From: Escherichia coli
GTDB taxonomy: Bacteria; Pseudomonadota; Gammaproteobacteria; Enterobacterales; Enterobacteriaceae
Direction: 5' to 3' (one strand)
Assembly: GCF_003991155.1 (NCBI RefSeq)
Contig: NZ_CP031293.1
Length of the DNA stretch: 64,000 nucleotides
Position numbers and translations under genes: made by a program. Below are positions 31,446 to 43,930 of the stretch, in pieces. Numbering within the stretch: position 1 is the first letter of the stretch; each line of letters begins with the position of its first letter. A model generated the notes under the pieces. That model made no database searches, was not told the DNA's origin, and saw only the letters and a list, made by a program, of their open reading frames with translations.

Positions 31446-33548
31446 TCACTCAAATCGCCACGCAACATTCACGCCGATACCATAATTTCGTCCGGGCGCA
31501 GGTTCGTAATATCGCCCGTTTGACTCATTGACAATGACAGAACCAACGTATTCTTTATCGAATAAATTATCGACACGACCAAATAAATCCACGGTTAAAT
31601 TGTGGTAATTGTATTTATACCCGGTGAATAAGCCGACGAGTGTATAAGAAGGCGCTTTGGCCGTATTTTCATCATCTGCCATAATATCGCCCATATAACG
31701 CGCTTCCGTGCCTGCATACCAACCATCTTCCGGTATATAACCTATCGACGCAAAGCCCATATTACGGGCGATCCCTGGCATCCGGTTACCGTTACAATCC
31801 TGTTCATTGCAAACATTGCTGCGATAGGTCGCATCAAGCCAGGTCCAGGACGCTTTTACGCGAAAATCTCCCGCGAAACGTTGATCCCATGCCAGTTCAG
31901 CGCCTTGACGACGGGTCTTTCCGGCATTTTTGTAAGTCGTACGCCCACCGCTACTGCTATCGACAACAATTTCATCATCGGTGTCGGTCTGGAACAATGC
32001 GAGACTAAGCAGCCCATCACCAATACGCGTTTTACTGCCGATCTCAATTGTATCGTTGGTGGAGGGTTTTAACCCAAAGTTCATACCGCTTTGTCCATCA
32101 GCACGATAAGACAGCTCATTAATCGTCGGCGTTTCAAAACCTCGCCCGGCTGCCAGATAGATATTCCAGGCATCGGTCATTGCATATTTTAACGAACCGG
32201 CAGGTAGCCATTTGTGATAACTGGCATCACCGCTGTCATCGCCGTTACCCGGAGTAACGTAATGGTCGTTGGAATCAAACCACACGGAGCTGTAGCGCAC
32301 GCCAGCATCCAGCGACAGTTTTTCGCTCAGCTGCCACTGCGTCTGTAAATAGGGATCGACGTTCCACATCAGATTGCGTTCGTCGCGGCGCAACTCACCT
32401 TTTTGCCCGTATTCCGGCACGCCGCTATTCAGGCGGAAGTTATTGTAGCCCTTGCGGTTTTCACTCATGTTTTCGTAGTTCAGGCCGGTAGTGAACGTGA
32501 GCGGAACGCCCAGTTCACCACGGTGTGTCCAGCGGCTGTCTATCCCCTGGTAATGGCGTTGCAGAGTAATCACGCCGCCCGCATGTGACGGGTTAAGTTG
32601 TGGTGCCATGGGTATTGACTGGTACTGGGTCGTTTCTCGCTCTCCGGCATACATCATCACACTCATCTCATCCCGCGAACTCAGGCTACGCTCATAGCGC
32701 AACCCAGCCTGAGTTTGCTTGATGGTTTTTCGCGTGTCGTACTGTTCTGCACGAGGCGCTTGTTGTGGATTCGCCTTCCATTCTGCTTTGGTTAGCCCAC
32801 CTGGGTCATCTGCTTTGATATCCACACTATTGAAAATCAGGCTTAATTTGCTGGCTTCATCAATGCGAACGCCCAGTTTGGCATTGGCTAAATTTTTCTG
32901 TGCGCCACTATGGTCACGATAGCCGTGGGTCGTAAAACGCGTGGTTGAGACGGTGTAATCGACATCGCCAGGCTGTGTGCCGTCGCCCGTTGCGCCTGTT
33001 GCTTTCAGCCCATAGCGCCAGCTGCCAAAACTGCCGTAGTAACTACTGGCTTCAATGGTTGGTGGCTGTTGTCCGGTCTGGGTGATGACATTCATTACAC
33101 CGCCAGACGCGTTGCCATACAGAGCAGAGAAGGGGCCACGCAGCACTTCCACATTTTGCACACTGCTTAAATCGATGTTGGATGTTTGCCCTTGCCCGTC
33201 GGGCATGGTGGCGGGAATACCGTCCACATACAGGCGAATACCGCGAATTCCGTAAGTGGAGCGGGAGCCAAATCCGCGAATCGACAGCTGTAAATCTTGC
33301 GCATAGTTCTGCCGGTTTTGTACCTGCAAACCAGGCACGCCAGTCAGTGATTCAGACAAGTTAATGCGCGGTGTTGCCAGGCGCATCTCCTCGCCATCCA
33401 CCACGCTTACTGCTGCTGGCGTATCCAGTTCTGAAACCACCTGCGGCGCGGCACTGACAATCATGGTCTGTTCATCAGCGGCAAAAACAACGGGGGAAAG
33501 GACAAGCAGTGCGGGCAAAACGGTCTGTCGGACGGAAAAAATCTTCAT
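31446..33548 (-). CDS. yncD: TonB-dependent outer membrane receptor
   Basis: 700 aa; signal peptide, plug domain, beta-barrel ending in the aromatic C-terminal residue (…AWRFE). Confidence 0.85.
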   Translation of the reverse strand: MKIFSVRQTVLPALLVLSPVVFAADEQTMIVSAAPQVVSELDTPAAVSVVDGEEMRLATPRINLSESLTGVPGLQVQNRQNYAQDLQLSIRGFGSRSTYGIRGIRLYVDGIPATMPDGQGQTSNIDLSSVQNVEVLRGPFSALYGNASGGVMNVITQTGQQPPTIEASSYYGSFGSWRYGLKATGATGDGTQPGDVDYTVSTTRFTTHGYRDHSGAQKNLANAKLGVRIDEASKLSLIFNSVDIKADDPGGLTKAEWKANPQQAPRAEQYDTRKTIKQTQAGLRYERSLSSRDEMSVMMYAGERETTQYQSIPMAPQLNPSHAGGVITLQRHYQGIDSRWTHRGELGVPLTFTTGLNYENMSENRKGYNNFRLNSGVPEYGQKGELRRDERNLMWNVDPYLQTQWQLSEKLSLDAGVRYSSVWFDSNDHYVTPGNGDDSGDASYHKWLPAGSLKYAMTDAWNIYLAAGRGFETPTINELSYRADGQSGMNFGLKPSTNDTIEIGSKTRIGDGLLSLALFQTDTDDEIVVDSSSGGRTTYKNAGKTRRQGAELAWDQRFAGDFRVKASWTWLDATYRSNVCNEQDCNGNRMPGIARNMGFASIGYIPEDGWYAGTEARYMGDIMADDENTAKAPSYTLVGLFTGYKYNYHNLTVDLFGRVDNLFDKEYVGSVIVNESNGRYYEPAPGRNYGIGVNVAWRFE

Positions 33549-33789
33549 GAAAAAAGCCAGGTTAAGAATGGGAAAACGCCGCTATGGTAATAAAATTGTA
33601 AATTTATGGAAAACGAAACGGCACGATACGTTAAGTAATTGAGAAAATTGTAGTCGTAACGGCAAGAAATGCTCCACATTTGAGAAAATAATGATTACCA
33701 TTCCCATTTATAACAAGGGCGTAACGATGATTACGCTTAGCGAAGCATTGTGAAGCAGCAAAAATATCGGTTCATCAAAGGGAGTCGTC

Positions 33790-34851
33790 ATGCATTTACG
33801 TCATCTGTTTTCATCGCGCCTGCGTGGTTCATTACTGTTAGGTTCATTGCTTGTTGCTTCATCATTCAGTACGCAGGCCGCAGAAGAAATGCTGCGTAAA
33901 GCGGTAGGTAAAGGTGCCTACGAAATGGCTTATAGCCAGCAAGAAAACGCGCTGTGGCTCGCCACTTCGCAAAGCCGCAAACTGGATAAAGGCGGCGTGG
34001 TTTATCGTCTTGATCCGGTTACTCTGGAAGTGACGCAGGCGATCCATAACGATCTCAAGCCGTTTGGTGCCACCATCAATAACACGACTCAGACGTTGTG
34101 GTTTGGTAACACTGTAAACAGCGCGGTCACGGCGATAGATGCCAAAACGGGCGAAGTGAAAGGACGTCTGGTGCTTGATGAGCGTAAACGTACCGAAGAA
34201 GTGCGCCCGCTGCAACCGCGTGAGCTGGTAGCTGATGATGCCACGAACACCGTTTACATCAGTGGTATTGGTAAAGAGAGCGTGATTTGGGTCGTTGATG
34301 GCGAGAATATCAAACTGAAAACCGCCATCCAGAACACCGGTAAAATGAGTACCGGTTTAGCGCTGGATAGCAAAGGCAAACGTCTTTACACCACTAACGC
34401 TGACGGCGAATTGATTACCATCGACACCGCCGACAATAAAATCCTCAGCCGTAAAAAGCTGCTGGATGACGGCAAAGAGCACTTCTTTATCAACATCAGC
34501 CTTGATACCACCAATCAGCGTGCATTTATCACCGATTCTAAAGCGGCAGAAGTGTTAGTGGTTGATACCCGTAATGGCAATATTCTTGCGAAGGTTGCGG
34601 CACCGGAATCACTGGCTGTGCTGTTTAACCCAGCGCGTAATGAAGCCTACGTGACGCATCGTCAGGCAGGTAAAGTCAGTGTGATTGACGCGAAAAGCTA
34701 TAAAGTGGTGAAAACGTTCGATACGCCGACTCATCCGAACAGCCTGGCGCTGTCTGCAGATGGCAAAACGCTGTATGTCAGTGTGAAACAAAAATCCACT
34801 AAACAGCAGGAAGCTACCCAGCCGGACGATGTGATTCGTATTGCGCTGTAA
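33790..34851 (+). CDS. yncE: Periplasmic seven-bladed beta-propeller protein YncE
   Basis: 353 aa with signal peptide and repeated beta-propeller blades. Confidence 0.85.
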   Translation: MHLRHLFSSRLRGSLLLGSLLVASSFSTQAAEEMLRKAVGKGAYEMAYSQQENALWLATSQSRKLDKGGVVYRLDPVTLEVTQAIHNDLKPFGATINNTTQTLWFGNTVNSAVTAIDAKTGEVKGRLVLDERKRTEEVRPLQPRELVADDATNTVYISGIGKESVIWVVDGENIKLKTAIQNTGKMSTGLALDSKGKRLYTTNADGELITIDTADNKILSRKKLLDDGKEHFFINISLDTTNQRAFITDSKAAEVLVVDTRNGNILAKVAAPESLAVLFNPARNEAYVTHRQAGKVSVIDAKSYKVVKTFDTPTHPNSLALSADGKTLYVSVKQKSTKQQEATQPDDVIRIAL

Positions 34852-34963
34852 TAGATATGGCGAGGGTGAAAACGGAGAGACTTGCCTGACTTTTATCACG
34901 CCGTATCCGGCACCTTCTTCAGTAATTTGAATTTGCCCGGCACGCAGCCGGGCAATTTTGCAA

Positions 34964-36463
34964 TTAACTCGCCGTTTCAGGTTTAAACACAATTTCCTGT
35001 TTTTCTTCATCTTCCTCGACGACTGGCGCAGTGCTGTGAATTTCAGCAACGCGTTTGCGCACACCAAACCAGCCTATAACCAGCAGAATACCGATAATCG
35101 GCAGCGCCGCGATAGTATAAGTCCCGTTCGGGTAATCGAACGCCATCAGCACCAGGACACTCAGTAAAAACAGTAATGTCAGCCAGGAAGTGAAGGGCGC
35201 GCCAGGCAGTTTAAAACTGACATCCGCTGCTTTGCCTTCTTTAATCGCTTTACGCAGGCGCATCTGGCACACGATGATAAACGCCCATGAAGCGATGATT
35301 CCCAGCGACGCGAAGTTCAACACAATCTCAAATACGCGCGACGGCACCAGATAGTTGAGGAATACGCCGACGACATACACAACCAGTGTCGCCAGAATCC
35401 CGGCATACGGCACATGCTGACGACTCATTTTCGCCATAAAACTCGGTGCGGAACCGCCCATCGCCATCGAGCGCAGAATACGTCCGGTGCAGTACAGACC
35501 TGAGTTCAGGCTGGAGAGGGCAGCGGTCAGCACCACAATGTTCATAATGCTGCCGATATATGGCACACCCAGTTTAGAGAAAAACGTCACGAACGGACTT
35601 TGCCCCGCCTGATACGCGCTCCACGGCAATAACATAACCAGCAACACCACGGAGCCGACGTAAAACAGACCAATACGCCAAATCACACTGTTAATCGCTT
35701 TAGGCACCATGGTCTGCGGATCTTTACATTCTCCGGCCGCTGTACCCACCATTTCAATGGAGGCAAAAGCAAACACTACGCCCTGAATCAACACCAGCGC
35801 AGGCAGCAAACCGTGGGGGAAAAAGCCGCCGTTATCGGTAATTAAATGAAAGCCAGTGGCGTTGCCATCCAGCGGCTGACCACTACCGAGGAACACTGTA
35901 CCCACGACCAAAAAGGTTACAATGGCGAGCACTTTAATAAGTGCAAACCAGAACTCCATCTCCGCAAACCATTTCACACCGATCATATTCATGGTGCCAA
36001 CGATGGTCAGTGCAGCGAGCGCAAAGACCCACTGCGGCACGCCGCCAAACGCGCCCCAGTAATGCATATACAGAGCGACGGCGGTAATATCAACAATCCC
36101 CGTCATCGCCCAGTTGATGAAGTACATCCAGCCTGCAACGTAAGCGGCTTTCTCTCCTAAAAACTCACGGGCATAAGAGACAAAACTGCCACTGGAAGGG
36201 CGGTGTAACACCAGCTCACCCAATGCACGCAGAATAAAAAACGAAAACAGGCCGCAGATCAAATAGACCAGTGCCAGTGCTGGCCCCGCCATTTGCAGTC
36301 GGGCTCCTGCACCTAAAAACAAGCCGGTGCCAATCGCGCCGCCAATGGCGATCATCTGTACCTGGCGATTGCCCATCGCTTTGTGATACCCCTCTTCGTG
36401 GGCATTAAGCCAGCGGCGTTTCGCGGCGTGCTGATCTGAAGTGTCGGTGTCGTGTTTACTCAT
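34964..36463 (-). CDS. ansP: L-asparagine permease (APC superfamily)
   Basis: ORF 34964..36514; start at MSKHDTDTSDQHAAKRRWLNAHEEGYHKAMGNRQVQMIAIGG gives 499 aa. Confidence 0.9.
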   Translation of the reverse strand: MSKHDTDTSDQHAAKRRWLNAHEEGYHKAMGNRQVQMIAIGGAIGTGLFLGAGARLQMAGPALALVYLICGLFSFFILRALGELVLHRPSSGSFVSYAREFLGEKAAYVAGWMYFINWAMTGIVDITAVALYMHYWGAFGGVPQWVFALAALTIVGTMNMIGVKWFAEMEFWFALIKVLAIVTFLVVGTVFLGSGQPLDGNATGFHLITDNGGFFPHGLLPALVLIQGVVFAFASIEMVGTAAGECKDPQTMVPKAINSVIWRIGLFYVGSVVLLVMLLPWSAYQAGQSPFVTFFSKLGVPYIGSIMNIVVLTAALSSLNSGLYCTGRILRSMAMGGSAPSFMAKMSRQHVPYAGILATLVVYVVGVFLNYLVPSRVFEIVLNFASLGIIASWAFIIVCQMRLRKAIKEGKAADVSFKLPGAPFTSWLTLLFLLSVLVLMAFDYPNGTYTIAALPIIGILLVIGWFGVRKRVAEIHSTAPVVEEDEEKQEIVFKPETAS

Positions 36464-36729
36464 TGCTCTCCCTGATTGCTTTAATGAAAAAGTCATATAA
36501 GTTGCCATGAACAATGTTTATTCATCCTGGCGATGATAGTTATCACCATTATTCTTTATGGGTATAAAACTATCGGCGCAGCATCCTACCCGTTATCGAT
36601 AAACGATGCAAAACATCCCCTTACAATCCTGAAGGGGAATAATACAACTGACGAAAAAATGACAAATCCTTTTGCTGGTTAACCTGTGTACTGTCCTACA
36701 CTTAATCTTTAAAAGATTGTGAGGGGCAT

Positions 36730-37347
36730 ATGATTAAGGTGTATGGCGTACCCGGCTGGGGCTCTACAATCAGTGAGCTGATGCTAACACTGGCTGATAT
36801 TCCTTATCAGTTCGTTGATGTCAGTGGTTTTGACCGCGAGGGAACTTCACGCGAGTTATTGAAAACCCTGAACCCGTTGTGTCAGATTCCGACACTGGCG
36901 CTGGAAAATGACGAGATTATGACGGAGACAGCGGCGATTGCATTGATGGTTCTCGATCGTCGCCCGGACCTTGCGCCACCGCTTGGGCGCGCCGAACGTC
37001 AGCAGTTTCAACAGTTATTGGTCTGGCTGGTTGCTAATGTCTATCCAACGTTCACTTTCGCCGATTACCCTGAGCGTTGGGCATCTGACGCACCTGAACA
37101 GTTAAAGAAGAATGTAATTGAATATCGCAAATCACTTTATATCTGGCTGAATTCACAATTGACCGCTGAACCTTATGCCTTTGGTGAGCAACTAACGCTG
37201 GTGGACTGTTATCTCTGCACCATGCGCACATGGGGACCGGGACACGAATGGTTTCAGGATAATGCCCCGAACATCAATGCGATTGCTGATGCTGTATGTC
37301 AGATACCAAAGCTAAAAGGGATACTAAAGAGGAATGGAATCATTTAA
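36730..37347 (+). CDS. yncG: Glutathione S-transferase-like protein
   Basis: 205 aa; GST N- and C-terminal domain pattern. Confidence 0.8.
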   Translation: MIKVYGVPGWGSTISELMLTLADIPYQFVDVSGFDREGTSRELLKTLNPLCQIPTLALENDEIMTETAAIALMVLDRRPDLAPPLGRAERQQFQQLLVWLVANVYPTFTFADYPERWASDAPEQLKKNVIEYRKSLYIWLNSQLTAEPYAFGEQLTLVDCYLCTMRTWGPGHEWFQDNAPNINAIADAVCQIPKLKGILKRNGII

Positions 37348-38397
37348 TTATTTTTCCCATCGATTTCGCCCACTTTCTTTCGCCCGGTATAACGCAGCGT
37401 CGGCATCTGAAATAATTTGTTCAGCCGTTTTTGCGGGAGCAGAACAGGTAATCCCCTGACTAACCGTAACGAATGCATTAACAGCAGATGCCTGATGCGG
37501 GATAGCTGCCAGTTTAAGTTCTTGCTTCACTCTGGCTGCTACCGTCTCTGCTTCCGGCAATGTTGCATTAAAAAGTATGATGACAAACTCTTCGCCACCA
37601 TAACGGACAACAACATCCTCCGACTGGCGAGTTGAACGCTGTAGAGCGTCGGCAACTTGTATTAGACAACGATCCCCAGCAGGATGCCCGTAAGTGTCGT
37701 TGTAACGTTTAAAAAAATCGACATCCAGCATAATAAGAGCAAATGACCCGCCGTTATCTATCGCGTCGTGTAAGATACTGTTCATTGCACGTCGGTTTGC
37801 TATCCCAGTTAAAGGATCACGATGTGCTAATGCATCAAGGCGATTAATTAACTGGTTGTTATAACTGTTTTGTACCCATGCTTCTTCAAACCAACGTAAC
37901 AAAATGAGTCGCCCACCATATAGCGCCAGTGAAAAAATACACCATACAACAGCAAAATGAATATTGATCTGTTGATTAAGCATAAGACTCGCTATTGGAG
38001 TGGTGAACCATAAGGGAATGACAAATGCGAGCAATGATGGGGTATGGAAATAAAGTGCGATAACGCCACTAAGCATTAATAATACACATAGTGGATAAGC
38101 AAACTGCAGCGTCCAGTACGCAATAAAGTGATAACTACACCATGACCATAGCAGGCTCAGGGCAACTAATAGCACCTGGATAGGTAATGTTTTTTGCCGA
38201 GGGATGAGTAGTAAACCACTGCAAATCAGCAGAATACCCGTTGCAGATATATCAATAGAATGTATAAGGCTTTTTTCATTTAACCAGGGTGGAGTAAGGT
38301 CATTAAACAGAACACGGCGCAGCAAAATTATCAATGCAAAACTGACATTGATAAAAGCAAACCATGGCAAACTAATCGTCATGCCGCGAATAACCAT
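37348..38397 (-). CDS. Membrane-anchored diguanylate cyclase (GGDEF domain); accessory, not one of the K-12 DGCs I recognise
   Basis: 349 aa; N-terminal multi-TM region, C-terminal GGDEF domain with intact active site RYGGEEF and DPLTGIANRR start. Confidence 0.8.
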   Translation of the reverse strand: MVIRGMTISLPWFAFINVSFALIILLRRVLFNDLTPPWLNEKSLIHSIDISATGILLICSGLLLIPRQKTLPIQVLLVALSLLWSWCSYHFIAYWTLQFAYPLCVLLMLSGVIALYFHTPSLLAFVIPLWFTTPIASLMLNQQINIHFAVVWCIFSLALYGGRLILLRWFEEAWVQNSYNNQLINRLDALAHRDPLTGIANRRAMNSILHDAIDNGGSFALIMLDVDFFKRYNDTYGHPAGDRCLIQVADALQRSTRQSEDVVVRYGGEEFVIILFNATLPEAETVAARVKQELKLAAIPHQASAVNAFVTVSQGITCSAPAKTAEQIISDADAALYRAKESGRNRWEK

Positions 38398-38491
38398 ATC
38401 GCGGCGGGTTTTCCATGAGTGATGCGTTTTTCTTCGTTCAGCCCTTTTTTAACCAAAAAAGGGCAGGATACCTGCCCGGTATGCAGTAAAT

Positions 38492-40468
38492 TTATGGTGT
38501 CACTATATTGAACCAAAATTCAAAATTATCCATATAACCTAACAGCTCGTTGAGTTTTTCCGCATTGCCAGTAATTTTGACATCTTCTTTGGCCGTGGCT
38601 TCTTTCAGCGTCTCTTCTTTCAGTACAATTTTGTTCAATACATCACGAGACAGAGTGATAGTGGCATCAGCATCCGAAGCCTCTACACCAGCGGTATGAT
38701 TGAGAACACCATTTTCAAGCTCCACTTTATAGGTGCCGCCATCTTCACCAAAATCGAAATTCAACACGGTTTTGGCATCTGCCGCTTTCTCACCATTAAT
38801 ATGGACGGCAAGATAATCAAAGAACATCTCCGGCGTCATCGCACGCACGGTGTCTGGGCTGGCAGTATTTGGTGTTGGTAATTTTTGTACGCCATTACGC
38901 AATTCCTGTGCGCCAGTGAGATAGAAATTACGCCACGGCCCAGATTCAGCCTGATAGCCTAACTGCTCAAGCGCATCAGCTTCCAGATTTCTCGCTGCCT
39001 GGTTGTTTGGATCGGCAAACACCACCTTACTAACAACTTGGGCAACCCAGCGGAAATTACCCTGGTCATAATCCTGTTTGGCTTTCTGTAAAATGGCATC
39101 AGCACCGCCCATATACTCGACGAATTTTTTTGCGCCTTCTTCTGGCGGCAGTTCATCAAGCGTCGCGGGGTTACCATCAAACCAGCCGAGATAAAGCACG
39201 TAAGTTGCTTTCACGTCATGACTTACCGAACCGTAATAGCCGCGATTCGCCCAGGTATTAGCCAGTGAAGAGGGCAGTTTAAAGTTTGCGGCAATTTCAT
39301 CACGGGTCATCCCTTGATTTGCCATACGCAGAGTTTGATCATTGATGTAACGATACAAATCACGCTGGCTTTTAAGCAGTTTGACCACGTTATCGTTGCC
39401 CCAGGTTGGCCAGTGATGTTGAGCGAGAATAATCTCGGCTTTATCTCCCCATAAATTGAGAGCTTCGTTAATATATTTTGACCACGGCAGCGGTTGGCGA
39501 ATTTTAGCCCCACGCAGCGAATAGGTGTTATGAAGGGTGTGCGTGACATCTTCAGCGGTTTCGATCAGTTTCTTTTCTTCAATAAACCACAGCATTTCAG
39601 AAGGCGCTTCAGAGCCTGGCGCCATCAAGAAATCATAGGTCAACCCGTCAATAGTTTCTTTTTGTCCGGTTTTAGTGATGTAGTTAGTAGGAGCAATCAA
39701 CGTGACCGTTCCTGCTGAAGTGGTTGTTCCCAGTCCCGCGCCAACCTGGCCTTTAACATCAGGTTTCAATAAGTTGCCATACATATAACTGGCTCGTCGG
39801 CTCATCACATTGCCAGCCATAATATTTTCGGAAACGGCTTCCTCCAAAAATCCGGCTGGCGCGTAGATTTTAACTTTGCCTGATTTAACGTCAGCTTCAT
39901 CAATTACGCCGCGAACACCACCGTAGTGATCGACATGACTGTGTGTGTAGATAACCGCTACTACCGGTTTTTTGTCGCGATTTTTGTAATAGAGATCCAT
40001 ACCCACTTTGGCTGTTTCTGCTGAAACAAGGGGATCAACGATGGTAATACCCTCTTTACCTTCAATGATGGTCATATTTGATAGATCGAGATTGCGAATC
40101 TGATAGACACCTTCAGTTACTTCGAATAACCCGCTGATATTTATCAGTTGCGCCTGACGCCATAAACTTGGATTCACCGTATCAGGGGCTTTATCACCTT
40201 CTTTAATAAAAGCGTATTGTTGTGGATCCCAGATAACATTTCCTTTTTCGCCCTTAATCACGTCTTGAGGGATAGGGGCAACAAAACCTTTATGGGCATC
40301 AGTAAAGTCAGTGTTATCAGAAAACGGCAACTGGTTGTAGAGTAAATTGTTTGCTTGTTGCGTGGCTGCGGTGGCGTCTTTAGGGGCTTCCGCCGCGAGG
40401 AGTGGCAAAGAACTGGTGGTGAACAATCCCGTTATTAGCAGACTTTTAACAATATGATTAAGCTGCAT
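38492..40468 (-). CDS. Periplasmic alkyl/aryl-sulfatase (metallo-beta-lactamase fold, SdsA1/YjcS-like)
   Basis: 658 aa; signal peptide; MBL motif YTHSHVDHYGG; C-terminal dimerisation and SCP2-like region typical of type III sulfatases. Confidence 0.8.
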   Translation of the reverse strand: MQLNHIVKSLLITGLFTTSSLPLLAAEAPKDATAATQQANNLLYNQLPFSDNTDFTDAHKGFVAPIPQDVIKGEKGNVIWDPQQYAFIKEGDKAPDTVNPSLWRQAQLINISGLFEVTEGVYQIRNLDLSNMTIIEGKEGITIVDPLVSAETAKVGMDLYYKNRDKKPVVAVIYTHSHVDHYGGVRGVIDEADVKSGKVKIYAPAGFLEEAVSENIMAGNVMSRRASYMYGNLLKPDVKGQVGAGLGTTTSAGTVTLIAPTNYITKTGQKETIDGLTYDFLMAPGSEAPSEMLWFIEEKKLIETAEDVTHTLHNTYSLRGAKIRQPLPWSKYINEALNLWGDKAEIILAQHHWPTWGNDNVVKLLKSQRDLYRYINDQTLRMANQGMTRDEIAANFKLPSSLANTWANRGYYGSVSHDVKATYVLYLGWFDGNPATLDELPPEEGAKKFVEYMGGADAILQKAKQDYDQGNFRWVAQVVSKVVFADPNNQAARNLEADALEQLGYQAESGPWRNFYLTGAQELRNGVQKLPTPNTASPDTVRAMTPEMFFDYLAVHINGEKAADAKTVLNFDFGEDGGTYKVELENGVLNHTAGVEASDADATITLSRDVLNKIVLKEETLKEATAKEDVKITGNAEKLNELLGYMDNFEFWFNIVTP

Positions 40469-40772
40469 CTTAAGCGTCTCCAGAATGGACTTTTATTGGG
40501 GGTAATTACGGATGAAAATTTTTGTGAGGGCAAGAATAACTATAATGGGCGTTAATAAATTGGCAAGCCGGGAACTTGATGTTTTCTTAATGGCATGTTG
40601 GCGAAGAATATATTCTGCAAGTTGACGTTTTTGTTGGCGCTTTATTTAAAAGGGTGTAGTACAAACCTGTACAAATTCAAGTAGGCATTATTGCCGTAAA
40701 AAAGCATCACCGGACACATAACATTCACAACGTGTGTTAATTTTACTGACATCTTTCAAAAGGAGCACAATC

Positions 40773-41000
40773 ATGCCGCACATAGACATTAAATGTTTTC
40801 CACGTGAACTGGACGAACAACAAAAAGCAGCACTTGCTGCAGATATTACCGACGTTATTATTCGCCATCTGAACAGTAAAGACAGTTCGATAAGCATTGC
40901 TCTACAGCAGATTCAACCAGAATCATGGCAAGCTATCTGGGACGCCGAAATTGCGCCCCAAATGGAGACGCTGATAAAGAAACCTGGTTACAGCATGTAA
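40773..41000 (+). CDS. pptA: 4-oxalocrotonate tautomerase-family enzyme PptA
   Basis: Start at [33 protein letters not shown]... (75 aa); Pro1 tautomerase signature. Confidence 0.85.
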   Translation: MPHIDIKCFPRELDEQQKAALAADITDVIIRHLNSKDSSISIALQQIQPESWQAIWDAEIAPQMETLIKKPGYSM

Positions 41001-41003
41001 TGC

Positions 41004-41573
41004 TTAACCTGCCGTAACACGCTTCCCGCTGGTAACAAACGTGCCAGCACCTAAATGATGTAGTGTATTGAGCTTATCATCATCAAACTGCCAGCGGCCT
41101 TCGACAAATACCCGTGCGTCTGCCGCTGCTGATACCACTTCGCCAAACAGCGTGTCGTATTTTTCTTGCGCAGAAGTCGCAGGTAGCAGGCGACACTCCA
41201 TCCACGCCAGACATTTTTCCTCGACCAGCGGCAAACCAAGCACCGGACCTTTCACAACCGGAATACCATAGCAGTTAAACTTATCTTCATCACGCCCCGA
41301 CACACTTCCCACCGCCCACGTCCAGTCAGTCGCCGCAACGCCTGGGATAACGATGCCAAATTTACCGTTACGTTCAATCAACTCCCTGGTCCATGTCGAT
41401 TTATCTACCACAATCGCCACGCGTGGCGGTTCAAACTCTACGGGCATAGACCAGGCTGCTGCCATAATGTTACGCCGCTGGGATTGCTCATCGAAACTGG
41501 TGATCATGACAGTTGGGCCATGATTTAACAGACGGCTGGCATGGTGTAATTCGACGGGAATGAATTGGCTCAC
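41004..41573 (-). CDS. yddH: Flavin reductase-like domain protein YddH
   Basis: 189-aa ORF with flavin-reductase-like fold; conserved position. Confidence 0.75.
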   Translation of the reverse strand: MSQFIPVELHHASRLLNHGPTVMITSFDEQSQRRNIMAAAWSMPVEFEPPRVAIVVDKSTWTRELIERNGKFGIVIPGVAATDWTWAVGSVSGRDEDKFNCYGIPVVKGPVLGLPLVEEKCLAWMECRLLPATSAQEKYDTLFGEVVSAAADARVFVEGRWQFDDDKLNTLHHLGAGTFVTSGKRVTAG

Positions 41574-41747
41574 GATATCGCCTCGCTATGAAGGGTGTTT
41601 TAAAAGCGTAGCTCGTAACGCAATAAGTAACGAAATTAACGGGATTGGCGATTTGCGAACGTGATGCATGTCCGCGATCGCACAAAATAGCCAGTGCGGC
41701 GTCTATTCCAGGTTATAAGTTGAGAAAACCACTAAGGGAAACGCCTG

Positions 41748-42593
41748 ATGACGCCCATTCTGAATCACTATTTTGCCCGTATTAACTGGTTGGGAGCTGC
41801 TGCGGCCAATATTGATACGCTGCGTGCATTGCACCTGAAACACAATTGCACCATTCCGTTTGAAAATCTCGACGTTTTGCTGCCGAGGGAAATACAGCTT
41901 GATGATCAATCGCTGGAAGAGAAACTGGTGATAGCCCGTCGTGGCGGTTACTGTTTTGAGCAGAATGGCGTGTTTGAGCGTGTGTTACGCGAGCTGGGGT
42001 TTAACGTTCGCAGCTTGTTAGGGCGCGTAGTGTTATCAAATCCGCCAGCATTACCGCCGCGCACCCATCGTTTGCTGTTGGTGGAACTGGAAGGGGAAAA
42101 ATGGATTGCTGATGTCGGTTTCGGTGGGCAGACGCTAACCGCGCCGATTCGTTTAATGCCGGATATCATGCAAACCACGCCACACGGAGAGTATCGGTTG
42201 TTGCAAGAGGGTGATGATTGGGTGTTGCAGTTTAATCATCATCAGCACTGGCAGTCGATGTACCGTTTTGATCTCTGCGAGCAGCAACAAAGCGATTATG
42301 TGATGGGCAATTTCTGGTCGGCGCATTGGCCGCAGTCGCATTTTCGCCATCATTTGCTGATGTGTCGCCATTTGCCGGACGGTGGCAAGCTAACACTGAC
42401 CAATTTTCATTTTACCCATTATGAAAATGGGCACGCGGTGGAGCAGCGAAATCTACCAGATGTGGCGTCGTTATATGCCGTGATGCAGGAACAGTTTGGT
42501 CTGGGCGTAGATGATGCGAAACATGGCTTTACTGTGGATGAGTTAGCGCTGGTGATGGCGGCGTTTGATACGCACCCGGAGGCGGGGAAATAG
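41748..42593 (+). CDS. nhoA: Arylamine N-acetyltransferase / N-hydroxyarylamine O-acetyltransferase
   Basis: 281 aa; NAT family with catalytic Cys in RRGGYCFEQN. Confidence 0.9.
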   Translation: MTPILNHYFARINWLGAAAANIDTLRALHLKHNCTIPFENLDVLLPREIQLDDQSLEEKLVIARRGGYCFEQNGVFERVLRELGFNVRSLLGRVVLSNPPALPPRTHRLLLVELEGEKWIADVGFGGQTLTAPIRLMPDIMQTTPHGEYRLLQEGDDWVLQFNHHQHWQSMYRFDLCEQQQSDYVMGNFWSAHWPQSHFRHHLLMCRHLPDGGKLTLTNFHFTHYENGHAVEQRNLPDVASLYAVMQEQFGLGVDDAKHGFTVDELALVMAAFDTHPEAGK

Positions 42594-42606
42594 TTTATGT
42601 CAGGGG

Positions 42607-43831
<1,225 letters not shown>

Positions 43832-43860
43832 CAACAGCGCCTGACGGCGCTGTGTCTGGC

Positions 43861-43920
<60 letters not shown>

Positions 43921-43930
43921 TTAGTCCGGT

